From Candidatus Moraniibacteriota bacterium (GTDB lineage: Bacteria; Patescibacteriota; Minisyncoccia; Moranbacterales; UBA1568), in contig CAVURJ010000002.1 in the NCBI GenBank assembly GCA_963743885.1, positions 305,706 through 369,705 of the forward strand: a stretch of DNA of 64,000 nucleotides, written 5' to 3'. Within the stretch, counting starts at the first letter, position 1. Every line of letters begins with the position of its first letter. Below are positions 1-8,249 of this stretch, piece after piece. The notes under the pieces were generated by a model, which was not told where the DNA came from, searched no databases, and saw only the letters and a program-made list of their open reading frames with translations. Position numbers and translations under genes: made by a program.

Positions 1-1517
1 TCGATCCGTATATCAACGTCGATGCCGGAACGATGAATCCGACAGAACACGGCGAAGTCTTCGTGCTGAAGGATGGCTATGAGACGGACCAAGACATGGG
101 CAACTATGAGCGGTTCCTTGATATTGAGCTGGATCGCGACAATTATATGACGACCGGCCGCGTCTACAAGGCGGTCATTGAGCGTGAACGCAACTTGGAA
201 TACCAGGGTCGCTGCGTCCAGGTGGTGCCGCATATCCCGCTCGAGGTCATTGCGCGTATCAAGAAGGCAGCTAGGAAGGCAAAGGCGGATATTGCCATCA
301 TCGAGATCGGCGGGACGGTCGGCGAATACGAGAACATCCTCTTCCTCGAAGCGGTGCGCATGATGACGATCGAACATCCGAAGGATGTGTTGACGGCAAT
401 TGTGAGCTATGTGCCGACACCGTCCAAGGTGGGCGAGATGAAAACCAAGCCGACTCAGCACGCGGTCAGGACGCTCAATGGTACCGGCATCCGTCCGGAT
501 ATCATCGTCGCGCGCGCCGATCGGCCGCTCGACGAGAAGCGCAAGGAAAAGCTGGCGATCTTCTGCAATGTGCGGAAAGACGATGTGATCAGTGCGCCGG
601 ATGTCGAGAGCATCTACGATGTGCCGCTCAATTTTGAGAAGGACGAGCTTTCGAAGATCATTCTGAAGAAGCTTGGGCTCCGGGCGAAGAAGCAGGGCGG
701 GCTGAAGGAGTGGGAGAAGCAGGTGAAGCGGATCCATGCTGCCAAGGGCGAGGTGCGGATCGGCGTCGTCGGCAAGTATTTCAAGACGGGAGACTTCGTC
801 CTTTCTGATGCCTATATCAGCGTGCTCGAGGCGGTCAAACATGCGGCCTGTGTCGCGGGGCGTAAGGCGTCCATTGATTGGATTGATAGCACGGAGTTTG
901 AAGGGGATGCGAAGAAGCTCGCGGAGCTCAAGCACTATGACGGTATCCTCATTCCGGGCGGTTTCGGTAGCCGTGGTATCGAGGGCAAGATCGCGGTTAT
1001 CCGGTATTGCCGGGAAAACAAGATTCCGTATTTCGGATTGTGCTACGGTATGCAGCTCGCGGTCATCGAGTACGCCCGCCATATCCTCGGACTCTCGGAT
1101 GCTCATACGACGGAGGTGGCGCCGGAAACCAAGCACCCGGTCGTCGACATCATGCCGGAGCAGAAGGAGAATCTTCGCAAGAAGAACTACGGCGCGACCA
1201 TGCGACTCGGGCACTATGATGCGCATATCCGTCCCGGCACCATCGCTCGCAAGGCGTACGGTGAGGATTCTGTCTTGGAGCGCCATCGCCATCGCTATGA
1301 GGTCAATCCGGAGTATGTGAAGGATTTGGAGAAAGCTGGACTCGTCTTTTCCGCGACGTCACCCGATGGCGTGCTCATGGAGATCGCCGAGCTACCGAAG
1401 GCGAAGCATCCGTTCTTCCTCGCGACCCAGTTCCATCCGGAATTCCAGTCGTCGCTTACCCGTCCGCATCCGCTCTTCGTCGCTTTCGTCGCCGCCTGCG
1501 CCCGCGGGAAGAAATAG
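1..1517 (+). CDS. pyrG: CTP synthase, 5'-truncated at window edge (reading frame continues to position 3)
   Basis: DPYINVDAGTMNP...; glutamine amidotransferase block GLCYGMQLAVIEYARH; C-terminal HPEF region; N-terminal ~50 aa missing upstream of window. Confidence 0.9.
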   Translation, partial: DPYINVDAGTMNPTEHGEVFVLKDGYETDQDMGNYERFLDIELDRDNYMTTGRVYKAVIERERNLEYQGRCVQVVPHIPLEVIARIKKAARKAKADIAIIEIGGTVGEYENILFLEAVRMMTIEHPKDVLTAIVSYVPTPSKVGEMKTKPTQHAVRTLNGTGIRPDIIVARADRPLDEKRKEKLAIFCNVRKDDVISAPDVESIYDVPLNFEKDELSKIILKKLGLRAKKQGGLKEWEKQVKRIHAAKGEVRIGVVGKYFKTGDFVLSDAYISVLEAVKHAACVAGRKASIDWIDSTEFEGDAKKLAELKHYDGILIPGGFGSRGIEGKIAVIRYCRENKIPYFGLCYGMQLAVIEYARHILGLSDAHTTEVAPETKHPVVDIMPEQKENLRKKNYGATMRLGHYDAHIRPGTIARKAYGEDSVLERHRHRYEVNPEYVKDLEKAGLVFSATSPDGVLMEIAELPKAKHPFFLATQFHPEFQSSLTRPHPLFVAFVAACARGKK

Positions 1518-1526
1518 TCTTTAACT

Positions 1527-1931
1527 ATGTCATCATTTGAAAATCTAGAGCAGAAGATAGATCCGGCGAGGATACTCCAAGAGCTCTTTGAAGCTGATCA
1601 GAAAGACCGATCAGACAACCTCTTTGCTACTAATGAAAAACTTTTCTCAGAGCGAGAAGGGGCTCGATATCGAAAAGCCCAAGAACTCTACGTGCTTTTC
1701 GAAAAGGATCCGGCTTTATTTTCTGGAGAAATGAAATTCGATTTAGCTCTTCTTTTTCAGCATGGAGCAAATACTGAAGATTACGAAAGAGCGTTCCACC
1801 TTGCGCAGGCGGCTGAACAAGATGGTTTCGATGGAGCAGAAACATTAGTCAGAGCGACTGAGGACCGCTATCTCCTCTCTATTGGAGAATCACAGAAATG
1901 GGGCACACAGATTTTGAAAGATAAGGACTAA
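1527..1931 (+). CDS. hypothetical protein (134 aa)
   Basis: intact ORF, 9 nt after pyrG stop, coding-like composition; no recognisable motif. Confidence 0.5.
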   Translation: MSSFENLEQKIDPARILQELFEADQKDRSDNLFATNEKLFSEREGARYRKAQELYVLFEKDPALFSGEMKFDLALLFQHGANTEDYERAFHLAQAAEQDGFDGAETLVRATEDRYLLSIGESQKWGTQILKDKD

Positions 1932-1965
1932 GTTAACGATGACGGCAAAAATTTCCTTAGAGGAA

Positions 1966-1995
1966 AGAAAAACCCCGCACTCGGTGCGGGGTTTA
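1966..1995. terminator. bidirectional intrinsic terminator (ccccgcac-tcgg-gtgcgggg) between convergent hypothetical gene and rpmA
   Basis: perfect 8-bp GC stem flanked by A-run upstream and T-run downstream. Confidence 0.6.
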
Positions 1996-2026
1996 TACTT
2001 GATACATGATACGAAATACGTGATAC

Positions 2027-2380
2027 TTATTTCGTTTTCTTCACAGCAACCTTCTTCTTCGGAGCAGCAGCCTTCTTGGCTGGAGCAGCGACTTTCTTCT
2101 TCTCTGCGACGATGACGTGGACGAAGGTGCGCTCGACGAGCTTGCCGGTGAAATCCTTGACCTTCTTGGTCTGGAATTCGACGGCGCCGTTCTTCATGGC
2201 GAAGAGGGTGTCATCGTTGCCGCGTTTCACGTTCTTGCCCGGCTGGACTTTGGTGCCGCGCTGGCGAATGATGATATTGCCGATTTCTACCTGCTGGCCG
2301 CCATAAATCTTCACGCCGAGACGCTTCGATATGGAATCACGACCGAGGGCTGTAGATCCGCCTGCTTTTCTGGTTGCCAT
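2027..2380 (-). CDS. rpmA: 50S ribosomal protein L27 with Lys/Ala-rich C-terminal extension
   Basis: [55 protein letters not shown] typical L27 core; extra ~30 aa [24 protein letters not shown] tail. Confidence 0.9.
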   Translation of the reverse strand: MATRKAGGSTALGRDSISKRLGVKIYGGQQVEIGNIIIRQRGTKVQPGKNVKRGNDDTLFAMKNGAVEFQTKKVKDFTGKLVERTFVHVIVAEKKKVAAPAKKAAAPKKKVAVKKTK

Positions 2381-2467
2381 AACCGCTTTCCTTAAGGTAT
2401 ATTACACGGGAATTTTTTGCTATACTCAAAGAGCATATCATCATCTCGAAGTCTTGTCAATCATGGG

Positions 2468-2866
2468 ATGGACACGTCGCACTGGATGAAAAAAGTCGCA
2501 AAATGGGCATCTTCCAACCGGGGACGGCTTTTTCTGTTCTTTGGTATGGTGCTTGTGGGTGGTCTCTGTTTCGAGGCAGGGCTGCTCTACGGAGCGCTCC
2601 GGGAGACGGAAGCGGTCTCTGTATCCTTGGTAGCGCCTTCCCAGGCGGCTGAGGCGATGCCAGCGGTGCAAACTGCCCGGGTCGCGGGGGAATCCACCGT
2701 TTCCGTGGCGGCAGCCACTTGCGCGTTCGTTGGGAGCCGCAATTCTGACAAATATCATCTGCCGAAGTGTGCCGCCGCCAAGCGTATCAAGCCGGAGAAC
2801 ATCGTCTGTTTCGCTTCGGAAGAGGATGCGAAGAAGAGGGGATATGTGGCGGGATGCCTGAAGTAG
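2468..2866 (+). CDS. membrane-anchored protein with C-terminal Ada-like (N-Ada type) zinc-binding domain; start uncertain (2417 lies upstream of a likely extended -10 at 2418-2426; 2468 or 2486 plausible)
   Basis: N-terminal TM segment LFLFFGMVLVGGLCF; C-terminal YHLPKCAAAKRIKPENIVCFASEEDAKKRGYVAGCLK matches the Y-x-P-x-C...R...F-S-EA...GY-x-C pattern of Ada_Zn_binding domains. Confidence 0.55.
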   Translation: MDTSHWMKKVAKWASSNRGRLFLFFGMVLVGGLCFEAGLLYGALRETEAVSVSLVAPSQAAEAMPAVQTARVAGESTVSVAAATCAFVGSRNSDKYHLPKCAAAKRIKPENIVCFASEEDAKKRGYVAGCLK

Positions 2867-2898
2867 AATAAATCCAAAGCTCAAAATCATAAGCTCCA

Positions 2899-3040
2899 AA
2901 TAACGGGTATTGAACTCCAGGGCAAGCCCTGGACCCAATCCCCCTCCGCCAGGGACGGAGGGTATTGCCCCGATTTTACCTGCGTTCCTCTCGGAAACGA
3001 GAGTTTACTCTCGTTTCACTCGCTACACTTGGTAATAAAT
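2899..3040 (+). repeat. copy A of repeated structured intergenic element (aataacgggtatt...cccgattttacctgc...covarying hairpin...ttggtaataaa), with ~60-nt hairpin-rich insert
   Basis: shares 5' and 3' blocks with copies at 14898-14987 and 47603-47760; stem aaacgagagt/actctcgttt. Confidence 0.55.
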
Positions 3041-3125
3041 CCAAAGTATAAATTTCAAAAATTTGAGCATTTGAATTTATGATTTGTTTGGAAATTGTGG
3101 TTTTGGATTTTGTGTTTTACAGATT
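3040..3125. repeat. AT-rich imperfectly palindromic intergenic element (aaatccaaa...gaatttatgatttgtttgga...tttggattt), family member 1 of 3
   Basis: near-identical 40-mer to 9436-9475 and reverse-complement similarity to 8190-8228. Confidence 0.4.
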
Positions 3126-3177
3126 TTGAAAAAACGAACATCAACGCCGGTATGATATACTGGTTAAAATAGTAAAC

Positions 3178-4386
3178 GTGTTGCGCAATATGGTTCATAT
3201 AGACAATTTCGACAAGCAGAAATCGACCGTCGTGAGTATTGTCTCGCTCATGCTCGGATTTTTCGGAGCTCTTCTCCTGTATATCCTTTCAGCGTACTTT
3301 TCCGAGGTGTCGGGGAGCGACAATGTCGGTGTCTTCTATATCGCTGCTTATGCCGGGACGCTCGTTTCGCTTTATCTCATCCGTCCTCTCATCCGTAAGA
3401 TCGGCAAGGCTCGGCTTCTCTTCCTCTCGCTCGGCCTGACGGTTTTTCTGCTTGCGCTTCTCACGCATCTGCCGGTTTCGTGGTTGCCGGTCGCACTGCT
3501 TCTTCTTATGCTTATCGTCGATAGCGTCACCTGGGTGACGCTTGATATCATCCTTGAGGGGTATTCGTCGGACGGCATGTCGGGGCGGATCCGAGGCATG
3601 CACCTCACCATTATGAATATCGGTGTCCTGTCGGCGCCGTATGCTTCGACGTCGGTGCTCGACCGGTTTGGCTATGAGGGTATCTTCTTCGTGATGCTGC
3701 TCGGGTACATCGTGATCTTTCTCGTCTCGCTCGTCTCGCTCCGGGGTGGCAATGGCACGTTCCGCGAGCAGCTCAATCCTGAGCAAGCGTTCCGCCGGAT
3801 GCTCCGGGAGAAGGATCTGCTCCGCATCTATATCGTCTCCTTTTCGCTCGAGTTCTTCTATGCGCTCATGACGATCTATACGTCACTCCGTATGCTCGAG
3901 ATTGGCTTCTCTTGGCATGAGATCGGTATCGTCTTCACGGCGATGCTCCTGCCATTCGTGCTCTTCCAGTATCCGCTTGGAGCCTTCGCTGACCAGAAGA
4001 TGGGGGAGAAGGAGATGCTCATCGGCAGCCTGGTGCTCCTCACGCTTTCGACCGGAGCGCTCTATTTTCTCGGCGTCCACAGCGTCCTTGCTTGGGGTGC
4101 GGCGCTCTTCCTGACGCGCGTCGGCGCGGCCGGCATCGAAGTGCTCCGCGATTCGTATTTCTACAAGCAGGTAGATGGTGACGATATGGATATCATCGCT
4201 TTCTTCCGTACGGCTCGTCCGGCCGCCGGCCTCATCGGTTCCGCACTTTCCGCTTGGATGCTCGTCTTCTTGCCGATCGAGAGCGTCTTTCTGCTCGTAG
4301 CAGCCCTCTTCATTCCAGTGATCGTATCGACCCTTTTCCTTCGGGATACGGCGAGTGAGGCGGAATTGACCAAGAAGGCTGTCTAG
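3178..4386 (+). CDS. MFS-type transporter (12 predicted TM helices); GTG at 3178 or ATG at 3190
   Basis: 402 aa polytopic hydrophobic protein with two 6-TM halves and a basic central loop. Confidence 0.65.
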   Translation: MLRNMVHIDNFDKQKSTVVSIVSLMLGFFGALLLYILSAYFSEVSGSDNVGVFYIAAYAGTLVSLYLIRPLIRKIGKARLLFLSLGLTVFLLALLTHLPVSWLPVALLLLMLIVDSVTWVTLDIILEGYSSDGMSGRIRGMHLTIMNIGVLSAPYASTSVLDRFGYEGIFFVMLLGYIVIFLVSLVSLRGGNGTFREQLNPEQAFRRMLREKDLLRIYIVSFSLEFFYALMTIYTSLRMLEIGFSWHEIGIVFTAMLLPFVLFQYPLGAFADQKMGEKEMLIGSLVLLTLSTGALYFLGVHSVLAWGAALFLTRVGAAGIEVLRDSYFYKQVDGDDMDIIAFFRTARPAAGLIGSALSAWMLVFLPIESVFLLVAALFIPVIVSTLFLRDTASEAELTKKAV

Positions 4387-4432
4387 AGCCATTTCCAGAA
4401 TTTGAAAAACCGCAGAAAAATGCTATTCTAGG

Positions 4433-4459
4433 AGAGAGGAAGATCCCTCTCTCTTTTTG
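4433..4459 (+). terminator. intrinsic terminator gagagagg-aagat-ccctctctc + T-run
   Basis: 8-bp perfect stem followed by tttttg directly before scpA. Confidence 0.45.
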
Positions 4460-4461
4460 TT

Positions 4462-5166
4462 ATGCACTATCATTTCCGCCTCCAGCAATTCGAAGGGCCG
4501 CTTGATCTCTTGCTTGCTCTTATCGAGAAGGAAAAGCTCGATATCACCCAGGTATCGCTCGCCCAGGTGGCGGACCAGTATCTTGAGCACATCCAGGAAG
4601 ATAAGGAGCATATCTCGCTCGAGCATCTTTCCTCGTTCCTTTCTGTCGCGGCGCGGCTGATCCTTATCAAATCCAAGGCACTCCTTCCGATCCTCTCGTT
4701 CAGTGACGATGAGGAGATGATGATGGATGACCTCGAAGCGCATCTCCGCGCGTATCAGCGGTTTCGTGAGGCGGCGGCGAAGCTCGGCGCTCTCTTCGCA
4801 GGAGCAAAGGCTGCTCGCATGCGCGAGAGTTTCCTCGGCAGCCAGTCGGTCTTCTATCCGCCGCAGGATCTTTCGGCAGCCGACCTCCGCGCGCACTTTC
4901 TCGACGTGCTCGGTACTATTCCGGTCTTCGAGGCGCTGCCGGAGAAGGAGATTCGCGCCGTCATCACGCTCGAAGAGAAGATCGCGACGCTTCAGCGGAC
5001 GCTTTCGGAACGGGCCGAATCGTCGTTTGCAGAACTGGCCGCCAGCGCGAAGGATCGTGTCGAGGTGGTTGTCTCGTTCCTCGCGATACTCGAGCTCGTG
5101 AAGCAGCGTTTCATCTTCGTCGAGCAGGGTGGGACGTTCGCTGATATCCGTATCAAGAAACTTTAA
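4462..5166 (+). CDS. scpA: segregation and condensation protein A (kleisin)
   Basis: N-terminal FEGPLDLLLALIEKEKLDITQVSLAQVADQYL is classic ScpA; followed by scpB. Confidence 0.85.
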   Translation: MHYHFRLQQFEGPLDLLLALIEKEKLDITQVSLAQVADQYLEHIQEDKEHISLEHLSSFLSVAARLILIKSKALLPILSFSDDEEMMMDDLEAHLRAYQRFREAAAKLGALFAGAKAARMRESFLGSQSVFYPPQDLSAADLRAHFLDVLGTIPVFEALPEKEIRAVITLEEKIATLQRTLSERAESSFAELAASAKDRVEVVVSFLAILELVKQRFIFVEQGGTFADIRIKKL

Positions 5167-5178
5167 ACTACATCACGT

Positions 5179-5838
5179 ATGGACTCATCCAAGCTCATCT
5201 CGGCTCTCGAATCACTGCTCTTCATCAGCGGCGAGCCGCTTTCGTACGGTCGGCTGGAAAAGACGCTTGCTGCATCGAAGGACGAGCTCCATGTCGCTGC
5301 AGAAGCGCTCGCGAAACGGTACGCGGATGATGCCGCATCGGGACTGGTCATTCTTTTTGAGGGCAGCCAGGTAGCGATGGCGACCAAGCCGGAAAATGCC
5401 GCGCATGTCGAAGCCTTCACCAAGAGTGCGCTCACGGAAAGTCTGTCGAAGGCGGCGCTCGAAGTGCTTGCCATCATCGCCTATCGGGCGCCGGTGACGC
5501 GCGCTGAGATCGACGCGATCCGAGGGGTCAACTGCAGCTTCACGCTCCGCAACCTGTTGCTCCGTGGTCTGATCGAGCGCGAAGGCAATCCTGATGACAG
5601 CCGCGGCTATATCTACCGTCCGGCGTTCCGTTTCCTCGAAGTGCTCGGATTGTCCAAAACATCAGAGCTACCAGATTTTGAAGCGCTTTCACAGGATGAG
5701 CGGCTGACGATGATCCTCGAGGAAGAAGCCAAGGAAGCCGAAGCGCTCGTTGGCGATGTTTCTGAAGGCGTGGAAAACGAGAGTAAGCTTGAAGATCAGG
5801 ATGACAGCCAGCCATCATCGCCAGTTACCAGTCACTAG
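5179..5838 (+). CDS. scpB: segregation and condensation protein B
   Basis: LESLLFISGEPLS...AYRAPVTRAEIDAIRGVNCSFTLRNLLLRGLIE winged-helix ScpB signature; acidic C-terminus. Confidence 0.85.
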   Translation: MDSSKLISALESLLFISGEPLSYGRLEKTLAASKDELHVAAEALAKRYADDAASGLVILFEGSQVAMATKPENAAHVEAFTKSALTESLSKAALEVLAIIAYRAPVTRAEIDAIRGVNCSFTLRNLLLRGLIEREGNPDDSRGYIYRPAFRFLEVLGLSKTSELPDFEALSQDERLTMILEEEAKEAEALVGDVSEGVENESKLEDQDDSQPSSPVTSH

Positions 5839-5856
5839 TTACCGATTCCCAGTCCC

Positions 5857-6885
5857 ATGCGCAAGCTCATCGTATTCATCATAGCGGCAGGCGTAGCCTA
5901 TTACGCGGTCATCGGTCGTGACGCGGGTTTTTCGGCGCACGGCGAAGGATTGCTTGGATTCTTCCAGCCGCGGCACGAGAGCCGGGTGGCTGGCGCTCGG
6001 ACCGCTGATGTCGAGATGCCGCAGCCGTACGTGGCTGAGAGCCGTGAGCTGACGACGACGTTCCAGCCGGTGCTCAAGCCGTATGCGCCGCGTATCGAGG
6101 TGGTGACGGCACATGCCTCTATCATTATGGATGCTGATTCCGGTGAGGTGCTCTATAGCCGCAATGCTGATGTGGAGCGGCAGATCGCATCGCTTACCAA
6201 GCTGTTCACGGCGACGCTCGCTATGGAGCGGATCACTGATCTCAATGAGCTCGTGACGATTGATGAGGAGGCGGTCTATGCTGAGGGGACGCGCATCGGC
6301 TGCCCACGGTCCGGCTTTTGTAATGGTGAGCGTCTCAAGGTAGGTGAAAAAATTTCTGTTCGTAGTCTGCTCAAGGCGGCACTCATGAATAGCGCCAATG
6401 ATGCGGCGATCGCGCTCGGTAAGCATATGGGTGGGACGCAGGATGGTTTCGCGAAGATCATGAACGAGCGGGCCAAGGAGCTTGGTCTCGTGCATTCGCA
6501 CTTCTGTACGCCGTCAGGACTCGAGCCGGATGGGCGGGAGAGTGAGTGTTATTCTTCGGCTTCGGACGTGGCGAAGATTGCGGTCCATGCGCTCGAGTTT
6601 CAGGAGATATGGAGCATCATGCAGATCGAGAAGGATGTCATCACGTCATCCGACGGCAGGTATAGCCATGAGCTCTTCAATACTGACCAGCTACTCGGTC
6701 AGATGCCGAACCTGATTGGCACGAAGACGGGCTTCACGCCGAATGCCGGCTATTCGCTCCTTGCGGTCGCATCCGATGGGACGCGGGGACATCGTATCGT
6801 CTCGGTGGTGCTTGACGACCCGTACCGCTGGCAGACTATCCGGTCGATGTTTGACTGGAGTTTCTCGGCGTTCGATTGGAAATAA
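5857..6885 (+). CDS. D-alanyl-D-alanine carboxypeptidase (PBP5/DacA-type serine peptidase)
   Basis: SLTK (SxxK), SAND (SxN) and KTGF (KTG) motifs in canonical order; N-terminal signal/TM. Confidence 0.8.
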   Translation: MRKLIVFIIAAGVAYYAVIGRDAGFSAHGEGLLGFFQPRHESRVAGARTADVEMPQPYVAESRELTTTFQPVLKPYAPRIEVVTAHASIIMDADSGEVLYSRNADVERQIASLTKLFTATLAMERITDLNELVTIDEEAVYAEGTRIGCPRSGFCNGERLKVGEKISVRSLLKAALMNSANDAAIALGKHMGGTQDGFAKIMNERAKELGLVHSHFCTPSGLEPDGRESECYSSASDVAKIAVHALEFQEIWSIMQIEKDVITSSDGRYSHELFNTDQLLGQMPNLIGTKTGFTPNAGYSLLAVASDGTRGHRIVSVVLDDPYRWQTIRSMFDWSFSAFDWK

Positions 6886-7032
6886 CCAAGACTATGCTCT
6901 CCGGCCCGTTTCTTTGTTGCGACCATGCAGTGCTCGACGCGGTACCGGAAAGTACCGCTTACTCCGCGCTTCGGTCGCGCCTCGAACCGGACTCGGATAT
7001 CACAGTCTTGGAAAATAACGTATACTAGCCAT

Positions 7033-8142
7033 ATGGAAACGATGCAGATAGCCCAGATCCAGAGCATCCCGCTCGTCATGAATGTCCTCAAGGTTTTCGC
7101 GACCGGATTTTTGGCATTTTTGCTCGCCTTCGTCCTGACGCCTTTGTGGACGCACATCCTTTTCAAGTATAAGTTTGGCATCAAGATCAAGAAGAACGAT
7201 GTCAATGGAGAGAAGCTGACATTCGTGAGCAAGCTCCATGCTGGCAAAGCAGGGACACCGACGATGGGTGGTGTGATCGTCTGGGTCTCAGTGTTTATTC
7301 TCGTGCTCGTATCGCATTACGCTTTCCCGTACATCGCGGAGTGGACGGATACCAACTTCATCGCTCGTCTCGATTTCTTCAAGCGTTCACAGGTCTGGCT
7401 GCCGCTTTTCGTCTTGGTGACGGCTGGCATCCTGGGCCTTTTTGACGACTATATGAGTGTCCGCGGTTGCGGTACCAATAAGGGCGGCGGCATGCGCTTC
7501 GCCTTTCGTTTCTGGTGGCTGTTCATCATTGCTGGTGCGGGCGCCTGGTGGTTCTATGACAAGCTTGGTTGGGACCAGATCCATGTGCCAGCAATCGGAG
7601 ATTTCACTATCGGTTGGTGGTATATCCCGCTTTTCATCTTCGTGATTCTCTTTGCGGCTATCTCCTCCAACGAGACGGACGGTTTGGACGGCTTAAATGG
7701 CGGCGTGCTGCTCATGGCGTTCTCGGCTTTCTCACTCATCGCCTTCATGCACAACAAGATGGATCTGGCGGCCTTCTGCGCCGCGATCGCGGGCGCGCTC
7801 CTGGCATTCCTCTGGTTCAATATCTATCCGGCGCGCTTCTTCATGGGAGATACGGGAGCGATATCGCTTGGTACGACGCTCGGCGTCGTCGCGATGCTCA
7901 CTGATTCCGCACTCGTGCTTTTCGTTGTTGTTTTCATCTATGTGCTCGAATCAAGTTCTGTAGCGATACAGCTTACGAGCAAGCGTTTCTTCGGGAAGAA
8001 GGTATTCCTTGCCGCTCCGCTCCATCATCATTTCGAGGCCAAGGGTTGGCCCGAGCCGAAGGTGGTCATGCGCGCCTGGGTCTTCTCGGCGATCACGGCT
8101 CTTCTTGGCGTGATGATCGGGATATTGGGGATGGGGAAGTAA
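7033..8142 (+). CDS. mraY: phospho-N-acetylmuramoyl-pentapeptide transferase
   Basis: multi-TM protein with DDYMSVRG, NETDGLDGLNGG and FMGDTGAISLG motifs; upstream in-frame extension from 6925 looks non-coding. Confidence 0.9.
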   Translation: METMQIAQIQSIPLVMNVLKVFATGFLAFLLAFVLTPLWTHILFKYKFGIKIKKNDVNGEKLTFVSKLHAGKAGTPTMGGVIVWVSVFILVLVSHYAFPYIAEWTDTNFIARLDFFKRSQVWLPLFVLVTAGILGLFDDYMSVRGCGTNKGGGMRFAFRFWWLFIIAGAGAWWFYDKLGWDQIHVPAIGDFTIGWWYIPLFIFVILFAAISSNETDGLDGLNGGVLLMAFSAFSLIAFMHNKMDLAAFCAAIAGALLAFLWFNIYPARFFMGDTGAISLGTTLGVVAMLTDSALVLFVVVFIYVLESSSVAIQLTSKRFFGKKVFLAAPLHHHFEAKGWPEPKVVMRAWVFSAITALLGVMIGILGMGK

Positions 8143-8149
8143 GGAATTG

Positions 8150-8230
8150 CAGATTTTTGATTGTAGATTGTAGATTGGATCCGAAAAAATCTGAAATCAT
8201 AAATCTGCAATCTGCAATTAATCGCGTTTA
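8150..8230. repeat. AT-rich palindromic intergenic element, family member 2 (ttgcagatt...aatctgcaa)
   Basis: inverted repeat ttgcagatt/aatctgcaa and gatttatgattt word shared with 3078-3117 and 9436-9475. Confidence 0.4.
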
Positions 8231-8249
8231 TTCACATAAGATATTGCCT

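Noticed and set aside
2867-3046. 13-nt direct repeat aataaatccaaag flanking repeat-element copy A, as a possible target-site duplication
   Set aside because: The second copy overlaps the conserved 3' end (ttggtaataaa) present in all element copies. The match is probably part of the element plus AT-rich context rather than a TSD. The other copies show no flanking duplication.
6925-7032. Upstream in-frame extension of mraY (start at 6925)
   Set aside because: The extension overlaps the dacA-mraY spacer and is Arg/Ser-rich. A conserved MraY N-terminus begins at ATG 7033.
8046-8249. Upstream extension of pgk (start 8046)
   Set aside because: The extension overlaps the end of mraY and the AT-rich palindromic spacer. 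The PGK homology begins at ATG 8250.
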